A stretch of DNA of 64,000 bases from IMG/VR virus record IMGVR_UViG_3300032007_000018, positions 72,445-136,444 of that record; one strand, written 5' to 3'. This DNA is from a virus. The notes under the pieces were generated by a model. The model had not been told where the DNA came from. It did no database searches and was given only the letters and a program-made list of their open reading frames with translations. The translations under genes were made by a program, and so were the position numbers. Of this stretch, positions 36,141-44,611 are shown one piece after another. The number at the start of each line of letters is the position of its first letter. Position 1 is the stretch's first letter.

Positions 36141-36400
36141 TCCTCTGCATAATTATTCATTTTCCGGCGGCGCGCTCACGGGCCTGGCGCGCCGACTTTC
36201 ACGCGCTAAAGTGCTAAAGTAATAAAAATTTGGATTATCACGCTTTCGCACGTTAAAGTATTAATTCCCGAAAGTAGTCCATCGCTGGACTATCCAAGAG
36301 TGGCGAAGATTGTTAAAAAAAAGATTATTAAAAAAGGGGTTGACACCCGGGCGATTGTGTGCTATACTGTTACCAGAGTTAAGGAAAGGAGATAACCACC

Positions 36401-36850
36401 ATGACTACCTACACTATCAACCGCCCCGCCGCCGCCCCGAAAAATGAGGGCATCGCCCGCGAATGGGCTCTGTGTGCCTACTATAAGGTTACCCGCACGT
36501 CACACGACAGCCTTGCCTATGACAAGGGCAGCGACCTTGACGCGGGTAGCAAGCATATCTCCATAAAGGCAAGCGCGTTCACTCTGATGGCGGGTTGTCT
36601 GTGTGAGGGTCTGACCTCCTTTGACGCCATCTGGAATCTTTATGCCAGCAAGGTGCATAGCAACACCTTCGCCTATGTCACCGCGGACTTCACCGTGTAC
36701 GAGATGAACCTTGACGAGTTCAAAAAGTTCGTATATGCTTTCGCTCATACCGAACGCGAGAGCGAGAAAAACGGCGGTCAGGTCAAGATTCGCCTCCGCA
36801 AGGAAAGCGGCAAGATGCTCAAGTGGCTGGCCAATATGGCCGCCGCTTGA
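36401..36850 (+). CDS. Early hypothetical protein (149 aa)
   Basis: Track ORF. Promoter TTGACA 36340 / TATACT 36364. Confidence 0.65.
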   Translation: MTTYTINRPAAAPKNEGIAREWALCAYYKVTRTSHDSLAYDKGSDLDAGSKHISIKASAFTLMAGCLCEGLTSFDAIWNLYASKVHSNTFAYVTADFTVYEMNLDEFKKFVYAFAHTERESEKNGGQVKIRLRKESGKMLKWLANMAAA

Positions 36851-36929
36851 ACGCCCCGCAAAAATAATGCTTGACAAATCAATGAATATATGCTATAATA
36901 CAAATAGAAAATGAAAAGGAGATAAAAAA

Positions 36930-37127
36930 ATGAGAGATATTAACAGAATTATGCCGCTGATGGAACAGCTCGGCAATGTTTGGGAGCAGTTTCCCGACCT
37001 GCGCTTTATGCAGTTCATCGTCAACTTCCAGTCGTGGCTCGGCTCCGATGGCTTCTATATGGAAGATGACAAATTGATCGAGAAGATTTGCGAGTTCGCA
37101 ACCGAAATGAGAAAGGGGTACTTCTAA
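36930..37127 (+). CDS. Early small protein
   Basis: Track ORF. Promoter TTGACA 36871 / TATAAT 36894. Confidence 0.55.
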   Translation: MRDINRIMPLMEQLGNVWEQFPDLRFMQFIVNFQSWLGSDGFYMEDDKLIEKICEFATEMRKGYF

Positions 37128-37393
37128 TGGCTATCACAATCAAGCGCGAAAAGAACAACCGCGGCGTTCCTCTGCGCGGTCTGCGAGTTGGCGAAACTTT
37201 CCTATATGACAACCGCGTGGGCGTAGTGGTCGAGCGCAATGGGCATCAGTTCTATCTTGACCTGACCACCTGCCACAACTTCCGCAAAAGCAATGACCTG
37301 CGGTGGGACACTTATTACAAAAACAGCGAGCTTGACCCCGATACCCTTGTCCTGCCTGTGGAAATTGAACTTACTTACAAGGTCGTGGGCTAA
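37127..37393 (+). CDS. Early small protein (88 aa)
   Basis: TAATG overlap with the upstream gene. It is the C-terminal part of track ORF 37088..37393. Confidence 0.5.
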   Translation: MAITIKREKNNRGVPLRGLRVGETFLYDNRVGVVVERNGHQFYLDLTTCHNFRKSNDLRWDTYYKNSELDPDTLVLPVEIELTYKVVG

Positions 37394-37496
37394 GCCTGCG
37401 ACCTTTGGCCCGGGCGGCGCGAAAAAAATTTAATTTTATGCTTGACATTTGCTTACACCTGTGGTATATTAGTTATAGAAAGAGAGGTTGATTGAA

Positions 37497-37619
37497 ATGC
37501 GTGATTACTTCAAGCGTATTCGTTGCAAAGGTCGGTATTGCCGCTATGAGATTACGAACAAAACTGTTCGTAGCGTGGCAAAGAATGAAACTAAAAAGGA
37601 GATGGCGAAACGTGGATAA
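37497..37619 (+). CDS. Small basic Cys-containing protein (40 aa), tentative
   Basis: SD GAGAGG, 7 nt, ATG. Promoter TTGACA 37442 / TATATT 37465. An alternative overlapping frame is track ORF 37492..37761. Confidence 0.3.
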   Translation: MRDYFKRIRCKGRYCRYEITNKTVRSVAKNETKKEMAKRG

Positions 37620-37761
37620 GGAACTGAAAGCCTATCGGCAGAAAATGAGCGCAGAAGATTTACAGATGTATCTGCATTTCAAGAAGCGCGGGAGCAAGGT
37701 TGCCGCAAAGAAAGGCAAAGGGTCGTATGACCGCAAGGACTTTAAGAAAGGGGTTGCGTAG
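37609..37761 (+). CDS. Small basic protein, tentative GTG start
   Basis: SD AAGGAG, 8 nt, GTG. It is the C-terminal part of the track ORF. Confidence 0.3.
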   Translation, partial: NVDKELKAYRQKMSAEDLQMYLHFKKRGSKVAAKKGKGSYDRKDFKKGVA

Positions 37762-37762
37762 A

Positions 37763-37957
37763 ATGATGGAATGGCAGAAGAAAATGCTTGAGGGTATGCG
37801 CCTGATGCAGGAAGCCTGCGCCGAGGTCGGTTCTTGGAATGACTGTCGCAAATGCCCTTTTGGTCGGTATTGCGATACGCTCATGGAGAACGATGACATT
37901 GATTCCTTCATGGGATTGCAAGACAAAGAATGGATTGGCGATGAGAAAGTCGATTGA
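37763..37957 (+). CDS. Small Cys-containing protein (64 aa)
   Basis: MMEWQKK... is the C-terminal part of track ORF 37700..37957. Confidence 0.4.
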   Translation: MMEWQKKMLEGMRLMQEACAEVGSWNDCRKCPFGRYCDTLMENDDIDSFMGLQDKEWIGDEKVD

Positions 37958-38157
37958 TTTTTTCAATCGGTTTTTTACTTTGTTCCATTTTTGGCCCGCG
38001 CGGCGACGGTCGCTGGGCAACCGAGGCGCGCGGTATTCGCGCCGGGCGCGCGTTTTCAACAAATTTTGAGCGCCAAGTTTGTTCATAATTACCAGTTGAC
38101 ATTTCCCAAAAGGTGTGCTATACTCTAATTGTAATTTGAAGAAAGGACACCAAACCA

Positions 38158-38820
38158 ATGTATGATTTTGACATTTTCGAGCGATTTATCGTGGTAGATA
38201 CTGAAACCACGAATACGCTTGACGAGCCTATCTGTTATGATGTGGGCTTTGCGGTTGTTGACAGATTCGGCGCGGTTTACGAGAAGTTTTCTTTCGTAGT
38301 TGCCGAAGTGTTCCTTGACCGCGAGTTAATGTCTTACGCCTATTACGCCGACAAAATCGAGCAGTATTGGCAGGACATTAAAGCAGGTCGGCGCAAGCTG
38401 GCGAAATTCTCCACCATTCGGCGCGTTTTCGCTGATGCTTGCAAGCGAAATCAAGTGAAAGTTGTGCTTGCCCACAACGCCCGCTTTGATAACCGCTCCC
38501 TCAATCTGACACAGCGTTATCTGACCGCCTCAAAGTATCGCTATTTCTTTCCTTTTGGCTTGCAAGTATGGGATACGCTGAAAATGTCGCGTGAAGTGCT
38601 GAAAAACGATGATGACTATGGCGCGTTCTGCTACAACAACGACTTTCTGACGCAACGCCTTTGCAAGCAATTTACCGCCGAAGTGCTTTTCCGCTTCATC
38701 ATTGGCGAGATTGATTTTGAGGAATCGCACACAGGGCTTGAAGATGTGCTGATTGAAAAGGAAATTTTTGCCTATCTCATGTGGCGCAAGCCCGAAATCT
38801 GCGGCAAGCTCTGGGGTTAA
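38158..38820 (+). CDS. DnaQ-like DEDDh 3'-5' exonuclease
   Basis: VVDTETT (Exo I), AHNARFD (Exo II), HTGLEDV (Exo III). Promoter TTGACA 38096 / TATACT 38119. Confidence 0.7.
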   Translation: MYDFDIFERFIVVDTETTNTLDEPICYDVGFAVVDRFGAVYEKFSFVVAEVFLDRELMSYAYYADKIEQYWQDIKAGRRKLAKFSTIRRVFADACKRNQVKVVLAHNARFDNRSLNLTQRYLTASKYRYFFPFGLQVWDTLKMSREVLKNDDDYGAFCYNNDFLTQRLCKQFTAEVLFRFIIGEIDFEESHTGLEDVLIEKEIFAYLMWRKPEICGKLWG

Positions 38821-38940
38821 TTACCCTAGGGCAACCGCCCGGGCGGCCGGCAAATTGCACAATCAGCACAAGGAAAAAATCTTATTCTTTGTGTATTTTG
38901 CCTATTGTAATTTTCGTAGGGCTATGCTATACTATAATTG

Positions 38941-39037
38941 TTCCAAGGGAAAGGGAACGCAAGCCGAACCAAGGTCGGGAGAATTGAGAACCATCCGAGG
39001 CCGCTCAAAAAAATCCGAAAAAAAATGAAAAAAAGGC
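38941..39037 (+). ncRNA. Promoter-driven ORF-less structured RNA (about 100 nt). Shares its 5' end with the RNA at 46262.
   Basis: Promoter TTGTAA 38905 / tgcTATACT 38928. Begins AUUGUUCCAAGGGAAAGGGAACGC, with hairpins GUUCC..GGAAC and CCGA..UCGG. No ORF. The next promoter starts at 39038. Confidence 0.4.
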
Positions 39038-39118
39038 TTGACAAATCCCCAAACCTGTGGTACAATAAAATCACAAAAGGAGAGCTGAACTCCACAAACA
39101 GAGAAAGGGTTGATACCA

Positions 39119-39489
39119 TGACCACTTCCAAGACCACCAACAAGACCGCCCTTCAGTTCGCGCTGGACAATCTGCCGAACGCTCCCGCCGATGTGCGCGA
39201 GAAGTGGCAGAAGATGATCGACCAGCTCGACAAGAAGAACGCCGCACCCAAGAAGCTGACCGCCCAGCAGGAGAAGAATGTCGCCATGAGCGGCGAGGTG
39301 CTGGACTTCCTGCTCGACCACGAGGGCGAGGGCTTCACTGTGAGCGACCTGCTCAAGTCTGTGCCTGTCCTTGAGGGCGACAGCAACCAGCACGCCTCTG
39401 CGCTGATGCGTGCGCTTGTGCTGGCTGGCTCTGTGGAGAAGTACACCGACAAGCGGCGCACCTACTTCCGCGCGGTGACTGCCGCGTAA
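39119..39489 (+). CDS. Early protein, paralog family 1 (with 45643 and 59848)
   Basis: Promoter TTGACA 39038 / TACAAT 39061. Shares ...KRRTYF... C-terminus and ATGACC start context with its paralogs. Confidence 0.6.
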
Positions 39490-39649
39490 TCCCCAGCGGC
39501 AGGGGGGGCAATAGCCCCCCCAATTCTTTTACCCTGCCACTTTAATACTTTAGCGCGCGAGCGCGCCCGGGCGACGGTTTACATAATAATTTTCTGCTTG
39601 ACATTTTCCAAAAGGTATGCTATACTATCCACAGAAAGGAGAGATAGCT

Positions 39650-40012
39650 ATGACCGAAAAGGAAATTCTTCACGCGATGAAAACCCTTGACTTGACCCGC
39701 GAAGAAGCGATTGAAATGCTCCAAGAGGATGAAGCAATCGACCGCGGCGCTGACCCGCACCCGCTGACCCCCGAACAGGAGAAAGCAAGTAAAGCGGCGC
39801 GTATTGTCTCTACTGGACCGCGCACCGCCCAAGTAAAGCGAGAGCGCAAGCCGAATGAGGACAAGCGCGAACTGATTGCGGCGATTGAAGAAATGCTGAC
39901 TTACAGCGACATTCAAGCCGAGAGCGTCACCATCACCAACCCCGAGCGTCAAATCGACTTTGAATTCCGCGGCAATCGCTACCGCGTAGTGTTGAGCGCC
40001 CCGCGCAAGTAA
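39650..40012 (+). CDS. Early protein, paralog family 2 (with 42632)
   Basis: Promoter TTGACA 39598 / TATACT 39621. SD AAAGGAGAGAT. Shares LT.EQEK...ERKPN motifs with 42632. Confidence 0.6.
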   Translation: MTEKEILHAMKTLDLTREEAIEMLQEDEAIDRGADPHPLTPEQEKASKAARIVSTGPRTAQVKRERKPNEDKRELIAAIEEMLTYSDIQAESVTITNPERQIDFEFRGNRYRVVLSAPRK

Positions 40013-40100
40013 GCGCGGGGTAATTCGCCCGGGCGCAAGTTAAAAAAATAACTTTTAAAAAACTATTGACATTTAGCGCCCCCTGTGCTATACTAGAGTG

Positions 40101-40440
40101 GCCATTGACCGAGGAACTGTGGAGGGAAGCCAACATCAACCCTGCGAGTACCAAAGAATGTGTGTTGGTGATGATTACACGATGAAGTCGGCCTGCGGAC
40201 AAAAGTTTTCTTAAATGGGAGAAAGGTTATAGATGCAGCAGGAACGATGAATTTTTTAGGCAGTTTGTTTCCTGTCGGTGAAAAGGAAAAAAGACTCCCC
40301 CTTGAGGGGGCGGTGAGCAAAAATGGCAAAAGACTTAGTAGTGAGCGAGCGAGTCTTCAACTCTCAACACGCAAAAGCGAATGGTGAGCCAGAAAGCAAG
40401 AGACGCCCCCAAGAAAGGGTAAAAAAAAATGAAAAACCTA
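40101..40440 (+). ncRNA. ORF-poor transcript of about 340 nt immediately upstream of the tRNA (candidate structured ncRNA or tRNA leader)
   Basis: Promoter TTGACA 40066 / TATACT 40089. No plus-strand ORF in the track. Hairpins CCCCCUUGAGGGGG and AAGACU..AGUCUU. One weak 42-codon ORF ends at a TAG inside the next -35. Confidence 0.35.
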
Positions 40441-40474
40441 TTGACAAATAGCCAAAAGTGTGCTATACTATAAT
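40441..40474 (+). promoter_or_regulatory. Class A promoter driving the tRNA
   Basis: TTGACA, 17 bp, tgcTATACTATAAT, ending 9 nt before tRNA position 1. Confidence 0.6.
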
Positions 40475-40482
40475 CACAACAA

Positions 40483-40558
40483 GGGAATGTAACTCAAATG
40501 GTAGAGTAGCGGATTCTTACTCCGAAGGTTGCGGGTTCAACTCCTGTCATTCCCACCA
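40483..40558 (+). tRNA. tRNA-Lys (anticodon CUU) with encoded CCA
   Basis: Cloverleaf: acceptor GGGAATG/CATTCCC (7 bp); D-arm ACTC-AAATGGTA-GAGT; anticodon stem GCGGA/TCCGA (one G.A); loop TTCTTAC with U33-CUU-A37; variable AGGTT; T-arm GCGGG-TTCAACT-CCTGT; discriminator A, CCA. Confidence 0.75.
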
Positions 40559-40729
40559 ATGTTTCTAATCTCCTTTCTATTCCTCTCTTTCTGTGCAGGG
40601 CGGCTCCTATTGGGGCCGCTTTGTGCGCCCGGGCGGGCGATTGTTAAAAAATAAACTTTTGAAAAAAGTATTGACAAAACGCATCAAAGATGCTATACTA
40701 TAATCACCAAGAGAAAAGGAGATAAAAAA

Positions 40730-40942
40730 ATGTTCAATGATGCTATTCTCGTAGGTCGCAACTGCCCCTTCTGCGGCGAGTACCATGAGGTCATGGTCAG
40801 CGAAGCTGACTATGTCGCGTGGCAGAGCGGGGAACTGGCGCAGAACGCCTTCCCCTACCTCTCCGCCGATGAGCGTGAAATCCTCATCAGCGGCATCTGC
40901 CCCAAGTGCTGGGCAAAAACTTTCGGGGAGGAGGATGAATAA
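40730..40942 (+). CDS. Small Zn-ribbon protein
   Basis: Track ORF with CPFCG...CPKC. Promoter TTGACA 40671 / TATAAT 40699. Confidence 0.6.
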   Translation: MFNDAILVGRNCPFCGEYHEVMVSEADYVAWQSGELAQNAFPYLSADEREILISGICPKCWAKTFGEEDE

Positions 40943-41208
40943 TGAAAGCAACTGGAATTGTGCGCCGACTGGATGACCTCGGACGCATCGTGCTCCCCAA
41001 GGAGATTCGCCGCACTCTCAATGTTCACGAGGGCGACGCAATGGAGATTTGGGTGGATGATGAACACAAGGGCATCGTCCTCACCAAGTACAACTGCGAC
41101 GAAAACGCGGTAACGCTTCTCAAGCAGGCTGCGCAGATGCTGGAGGGCAGCGAGAACGCCGCTTATCGCGACCTTATTTTCCACATCGCATCTAAGCTGG
41201 GGGAATAA
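40942..41208 (+). CDS. AbrB/SpoVT-family (swapped-hairpin) DNA-binding regulator
   Basis: VRRLDDLGRIVLPKEIRRTLNVHEGDAMEIWVDDE matches the AbrB N-domain signature. ATGA overlap with the upstream gene. Confidence 0.7.
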   Translation: MKATGIVRRLDDLGRIVLPKEIRRTLNVHEGDAMEIWVDDEHKGIVLTKYNCDENAVTLLKQAAQMLEGSENAAYRDLIFHIASKLGE

Positions 41209-41343
41209 TTACCCCCAGCTAACCGCCCGGGCAAAAGATTGTTAAAAAATAAACTTTTCAAAAACCTATTGACAAAACAAAAAAGGTATGCTATACTATA
41301 ATCACATTGAGGGTGATGACCGAACATCGAAAGGAGATACAAA

Positions 41344-41673
41344 ATGACTTATCTTGTTAAGAGGGAAATGACAAGAGCGTGGAAGCGTTTTTCAACTTTC
41401 GCATTTCTCGACCAGTACCTGCGCGCCCACGTGGGCGACACTTTCACAGTCCGCGACCTGCGGGCTATCTGCCCCGACATCTGCCCGAACACCGCTGCCG
41501 CTTGGCTGAGCGACTACGCCAGAGCTTTCGGCGTCAAGGTCAGCGTGAGCAATACCTACATCGAACTTGACAAGCCCATCAAGATTGACAGCTGGGGCGG
41601 GCGCGCTGTCTACATTGAGGGGTATAAAGCCCACCTGTACCATGTGGACGCGCTCGACCCCACCTGGGAGTAA
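41344..41673 (+). CDS. Early hypothetical protein
   Basis: Track ORF. Promoter TTGACA 41269 / TATAAT 41297. Leader GGGTGATGACCGAACATCG. Confidence 0.6.
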   Translation: MTYLVKREMTRAWKRFSTFAFLDQYLRAHVGDTFTVRDLRAICPDICPNTAAAWLSDYARAFGVKVSVSNTYIELDKPIKIDSWGGRAVYIEGYKAHLYHVDALDPTWE

Positions 41674-41864
41674 TTCCCACGAGAACATCACCGACATTCA
41701 CGACAGCCCGCTTTTCAAGAGTCTGTTTGGGGAGTAATCCCCAGCGGGCTCTGCCCGGGCGATTCGTCAGAATCAATAAATCCAAAAGCAAAAGTTTGTG
41801 TAACATTCTAAATTGATTTTTATAAAAAATTATGTTATTATAATAATAGAAAGGAGAATGAGAA

Positions 41865-42038
41865 ATGAGATTGTTAATGTTCGTATTTTGTGGGCTTCTG
41901 GCTCTGCGCTTCGTGTGGGACTTCTCCCAAATGTCCAAAAGCAAAGACGCAACAGCCTTTACAAGAGGGTTAATGTCTGCGGCGTTTGATGCCGCTGTGA
42001 TTATCCTGTTTGCAATTATTGAGAAAGGAAGATGGTAA
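41865..42038 (+). CDS. Small membrane protein (57 aa) in an AT-rich islet
   Basis: Class B promoter TTGATT 41814 / TATAAT 41839. SD AAAGGAGAA. Two hydrophobic segments. Confidence 0.45.
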   Translation: MRLLMFVFCGLLALRFVWDFSQMSKSKDATAFTRGLMSAAFDAAVIILFAIIEKGRW

Positions 42039-42039
42039 A

Positions 42040-42516
42040 ATGAAAATGTTGATTATTTTTGCCCTTGCTACTCTTTTGAATGTGGTGCTTGCCACTATCA
42101 AAAGTGTAATGACAATCAAGGGGACTAAAATTTCTGCGGCGGTGTGGAACGCGCTGTCTTTCGGTCTGTATTCCTACATCGTCATTTTGACCGCCACCGC
42201 TGATTTAACCACGCTTGAAAAAGTTGTTGTTACTGTGGTGTGTAACCTCATCGGCGTGTATGGCGTCAAGTGGGTTGAGGAAAAAATGCGGAAAGACAGA
42301 ATGTGGAAATTAGAAATGACTGTGCTTTCTGCCGAAGCGGACACAATGCACCGCGCATTGGAAGATGCTAACATTCCTAATCACTATGTAAACGCAGGGC
42401 GTCACGCCGCTTTCAGTTGCTACTGTGCAACTAAGGCAGACACCGATGCCGCCCTTGCGATTGGTGAAAAGTTTAACGCAAAAACCTTTGCGGCTGAAAC
42501 CCATTTAGCGCCCTAA
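42040..42516 (+). CDS. Membrane protein (about 3 transmembrane helices) with a soluble C-terminal domain
   Basis: Track ORF 42010..42516 with ATG at 42040 (MKMLIIFALATLL...). Co-transcribed with 41865. Confidence 0.55.
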   Translation: MKMLIIFALATLLNVVLATIKSVMTIKGTKISAAVWNALSFGLYSYIVILTATADLTTLEKVVVTVVCNLIGVYGVKWVEEKMRKDRMWKLEMTVLSAEADTMHRALEDANIPNHYVNAGRHAAFSCYCATKADTDAALAIGEKFNAKTFAAETHLAP

Positions 42517-42631
42517 TAGTTTAGGGCGCTAAAGCGCCCGGGCCGCGATTGTTAAAAAACTAACGCAAAAAATCTCTTGACAACTGTTCCAAAGTGTGCT
42601 ATACTGTATTACAGAAAGGGGGATAAAGCAC

Positions 42632-43015
42632 ATGGCAGAAACGCAAAAAGAAAAAATCATGCGCGTTCTGCAAGTGGACAGCCGACAGGCCGATGAAATC
42701 CTTGCCTATGACAAAGCGGTGGAGCGCGGCGAGAAAACACCCTATGACCTCACCGCCGAGCAGGAAAAGGAAGTCCGCAAGTATCGGCAGGCTGAACGCA
42801 AGCCCACGCTTTACAAGTGGGACACCAAAAAGCGTGAGCGTAAACCCAACGCCACAAAAGAGGGAATTGTCGCAGAAATCGCAACTTTTCTCAAAGAAAA
42901 CAGCGATTTTGACACAAAAGATGTGGAAATCACGAACAAAAATCGCGAGATTACTTTCCAAATCTCCGACGATACCTTTACTGTGACACTGGTGCAGAAG
43001 CGCAAGCCCAAATAA
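42632..43015 (+). CDS. Early protein, paralog family 2
   Basis: Promoter TTGACA 42577 / TATACT 42600. SD AAAGGGGGAT. Confidence 0.6.
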   Translation: MAETQKEKIMRVLQVDSRQADEILAYDKAVERGEKTPYDLTAEQEKEVRKYRQAERKPTLYKWDTKKRERKPNATKEGIVAEIATFLKENSDFDTKDVEITNKNREITFQISDDTFTVTLVQKRKPK

Positions 43016-43161
43016 TGCGGAAAAACCGCGGTTTTCGCAAGAAAATCGCGGTTTTTCTAACTTTTTTCGCATTTTTTAACGATTTACTGCGCGAAAGTGC
43101 GCCGCCCGGGTTGATTTTGTAAAAAATTTTTTGTATAATAATAATGTAAGGAAGTGAAAGA

Positions 43162-43413
43162 ATGAATGTGGTAAAGAAAATGGATGACATTGGAAGAATT
43201 GTCATTCCCCAAGATTTGCGGCGTTCATTGCGTTGGATGGGCGGAGATGAAATTGAAATCATTTCAAACAATGATGGAAGTCTTACTTTGCGCAAGCACG
43301 AAAATGATACTGCCAAAAGATTAAAAGAAATAAGTTTGGAATGGTCTAATGACATTGATGTTGAACAGCAATTCACTGAACTAATCAAACTAATTGAAAG
43401 TAAAACAAAATAA
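43162..43413 (+). CDS. AbrB/SpoVT-family regulator (second copy)
   Basis: MDDIGRIVIPQDLRRSLRWMGGDEIEI. Class B promoter TTGATT 43111 / TATAAT 43134. AT-rich islet. Confidence 0.65.
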   Translation: MNVVKKMDDIGRIVIPQDLRRSLRWMGGDEIEIISNNDGSLTLRKHENDTAKRLKEISLEWSNDIDVEQQFTELIKLIESKTK

Positions 43414-43429
43414 CGGAGGAGCCAAAGCA

Positions 43430-43546
43430 ATGTCTATTGAATTGTTAGAAGCCCTAATCTTAATTGTCAAACACTGTTTGGAATCAAACGGTTGCGATGA
43501 TTGTATTCTAAAGGGTTTCTGTGGTAAGTTGCCAAAAGACTGGTAA
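43430..43546 (+). CDS. Small Cys-rich peptide (38 aa)
   Basis: SD GGAGGAG, then ATG. CLESNGCDDCILKGFCG. Confidence 0.35.
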   Translation: MSIELLEALILIVKHCLESNGCDDCILKGFCGKLPKDW

Positions 43547-43716
43547 CCGACACCGGCCGCAGTGCGGTCGAATTTTCACGAGGCAAGCCCTTTGGCTCTT
43601 TTTGTTTTGATTGCCCGGGCCGCAGGTTTACATAATAATTTTCCCGAAAAAAACTGTTGACAAACCGCCAAGAGTATGCTATACTATAATCACCAAGAGA
43701 AAAGGAGATAAATCAA

Positions 43717-44007
43717 ATGGCTACTAGGTATTCTGCGCGTTGGCGCTGGGAGGGTAAGGACAGCGAAAGCATTGCGCTTTTCTCTGCTGATGTTCCGCAG
43801 GAAGTCCTTGTTGACTTCGTGGATTCCCTCTGGGCGAATGCCGCAAACTGGCAGGCTGGCGAGGGCGAAGACATTCGCTGGGTTGACTGCATCGACATGG
43901 AAACTGGCGAGGTCATTGCCGAGCGTTCCGACTGGGACGAACCTGACAACTGCGACGACGATTGCGGCTTCGACCCCTACATGGGTTGCTATACCGATGA
44001 CTGCTAA
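43717..44007 (+). CDS. Early small acidic protein
   Basis: Track ORF. Promoter TTGACA 43657 / TATAAT 43685. Confidence 0.6.
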   Translation: MATRYSARWRWEGKDSESIALFSADVPQEVLVDFVDSLWANAANWQAGEGEDIRWVDCIDMETGEVIAERSDWDEPDNCDDDCGFDPYMGCYTDDC

Positions 44008-44020
44008 GGGGGGTGGAACT

Positions 44021-44167
44021 ATGACCTTGATGCAATGTTATAGTAAAATCATCAGCGAGGTATTCTGGCGCTCCATCTATTTCGGCGTCCCTTTCTCGCA
44101 GGTTTGGCCTCTGCCTGTCATCCTCTGCGTAGCAATCACTGTTTACCACTTCATCACGCGAGAGTGA
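44021..44167 (+). CDS. Small hydrophobic peptide (48 aa)
   Basis: ATG after GGGGGGTGG. It is the C-terminal part of track ORF 43772..44167. Confidence 0.35.
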   Translation: MTLMQCYSKIISEVFWRSIYFGVPFSQVWPLPVILCVAITVYHFITRE

Positions 44168-44261
44168 TGAAGTGGCCCGGGCCAAAATTTTTTTTGAAAA
44201 AGGTATTGACAAATAAACACAAGTATGCTATACTGTATTCAGAAAGTGAGGGATACAGAAA

Positions 44262-44570
44262 ATGAAAAACGAAGTGAAATACAAAGATTATCGCATCGGG
44301 CGTGATGTGTACACTGTAAAACTGACCTATTCTCCGCAAGGTAGCCTTTTCGGCCCTGAAGTGCGTGTGGAAGTGATGAAATGGCATCAGCCGCCCCGCA
44401 ACCTGTGGGAGCGCATCACCGAATGGTGGAAATATTATCTTTCTGGTTGGGTATGGAACCCCGCTTTGACAAATGCTTCGCTTAATGCTTACTGCATTGA
44501 CAAGTGCAACTATGAAGCAGCACAACGCCTCGCAATAGAGAGGGGCGACAAGGAATGGGAGGCTATGTGA
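44262..44570 (+). CDS. Early hypothetical protein
   Basis: Track ORF. Promoter TTGACA 44206 / TATACT 44229. Confidence 0.6.
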   Translation: MKNEVKYKDYRIGRDVYTVKLTYSPQGSLFGPEVRVEVMKWHQPPRNLWERITEWWKYYLSGWVWNPALTNASLNAYCIDKCNYEAAQRLAIERGDKEWEAM

Positions 44571-44611
44571 GCCTCCCTGCCGCCCGGGCGCGATTGTTAA
44601 AAAACTAACGC

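Noticed and set aside
38753-39028. Track ORFs MKRKFLP.../MLYYNCSKGKG... (38753..39028 and 46244..46426) overlapping promoters
   Set aside because: They start inside -10 elements and have no ribosome-binding site. Both cover the candidate ncRNAs.
40483-40558. Whether this tRNA is the amber suppressor
   Set aside because: The anticodon loop UUCUUAC gives CUU (Lys), not CUA. Stem, U33 and A37 are consistent. No other tRNA-like structure was recognised in the window.
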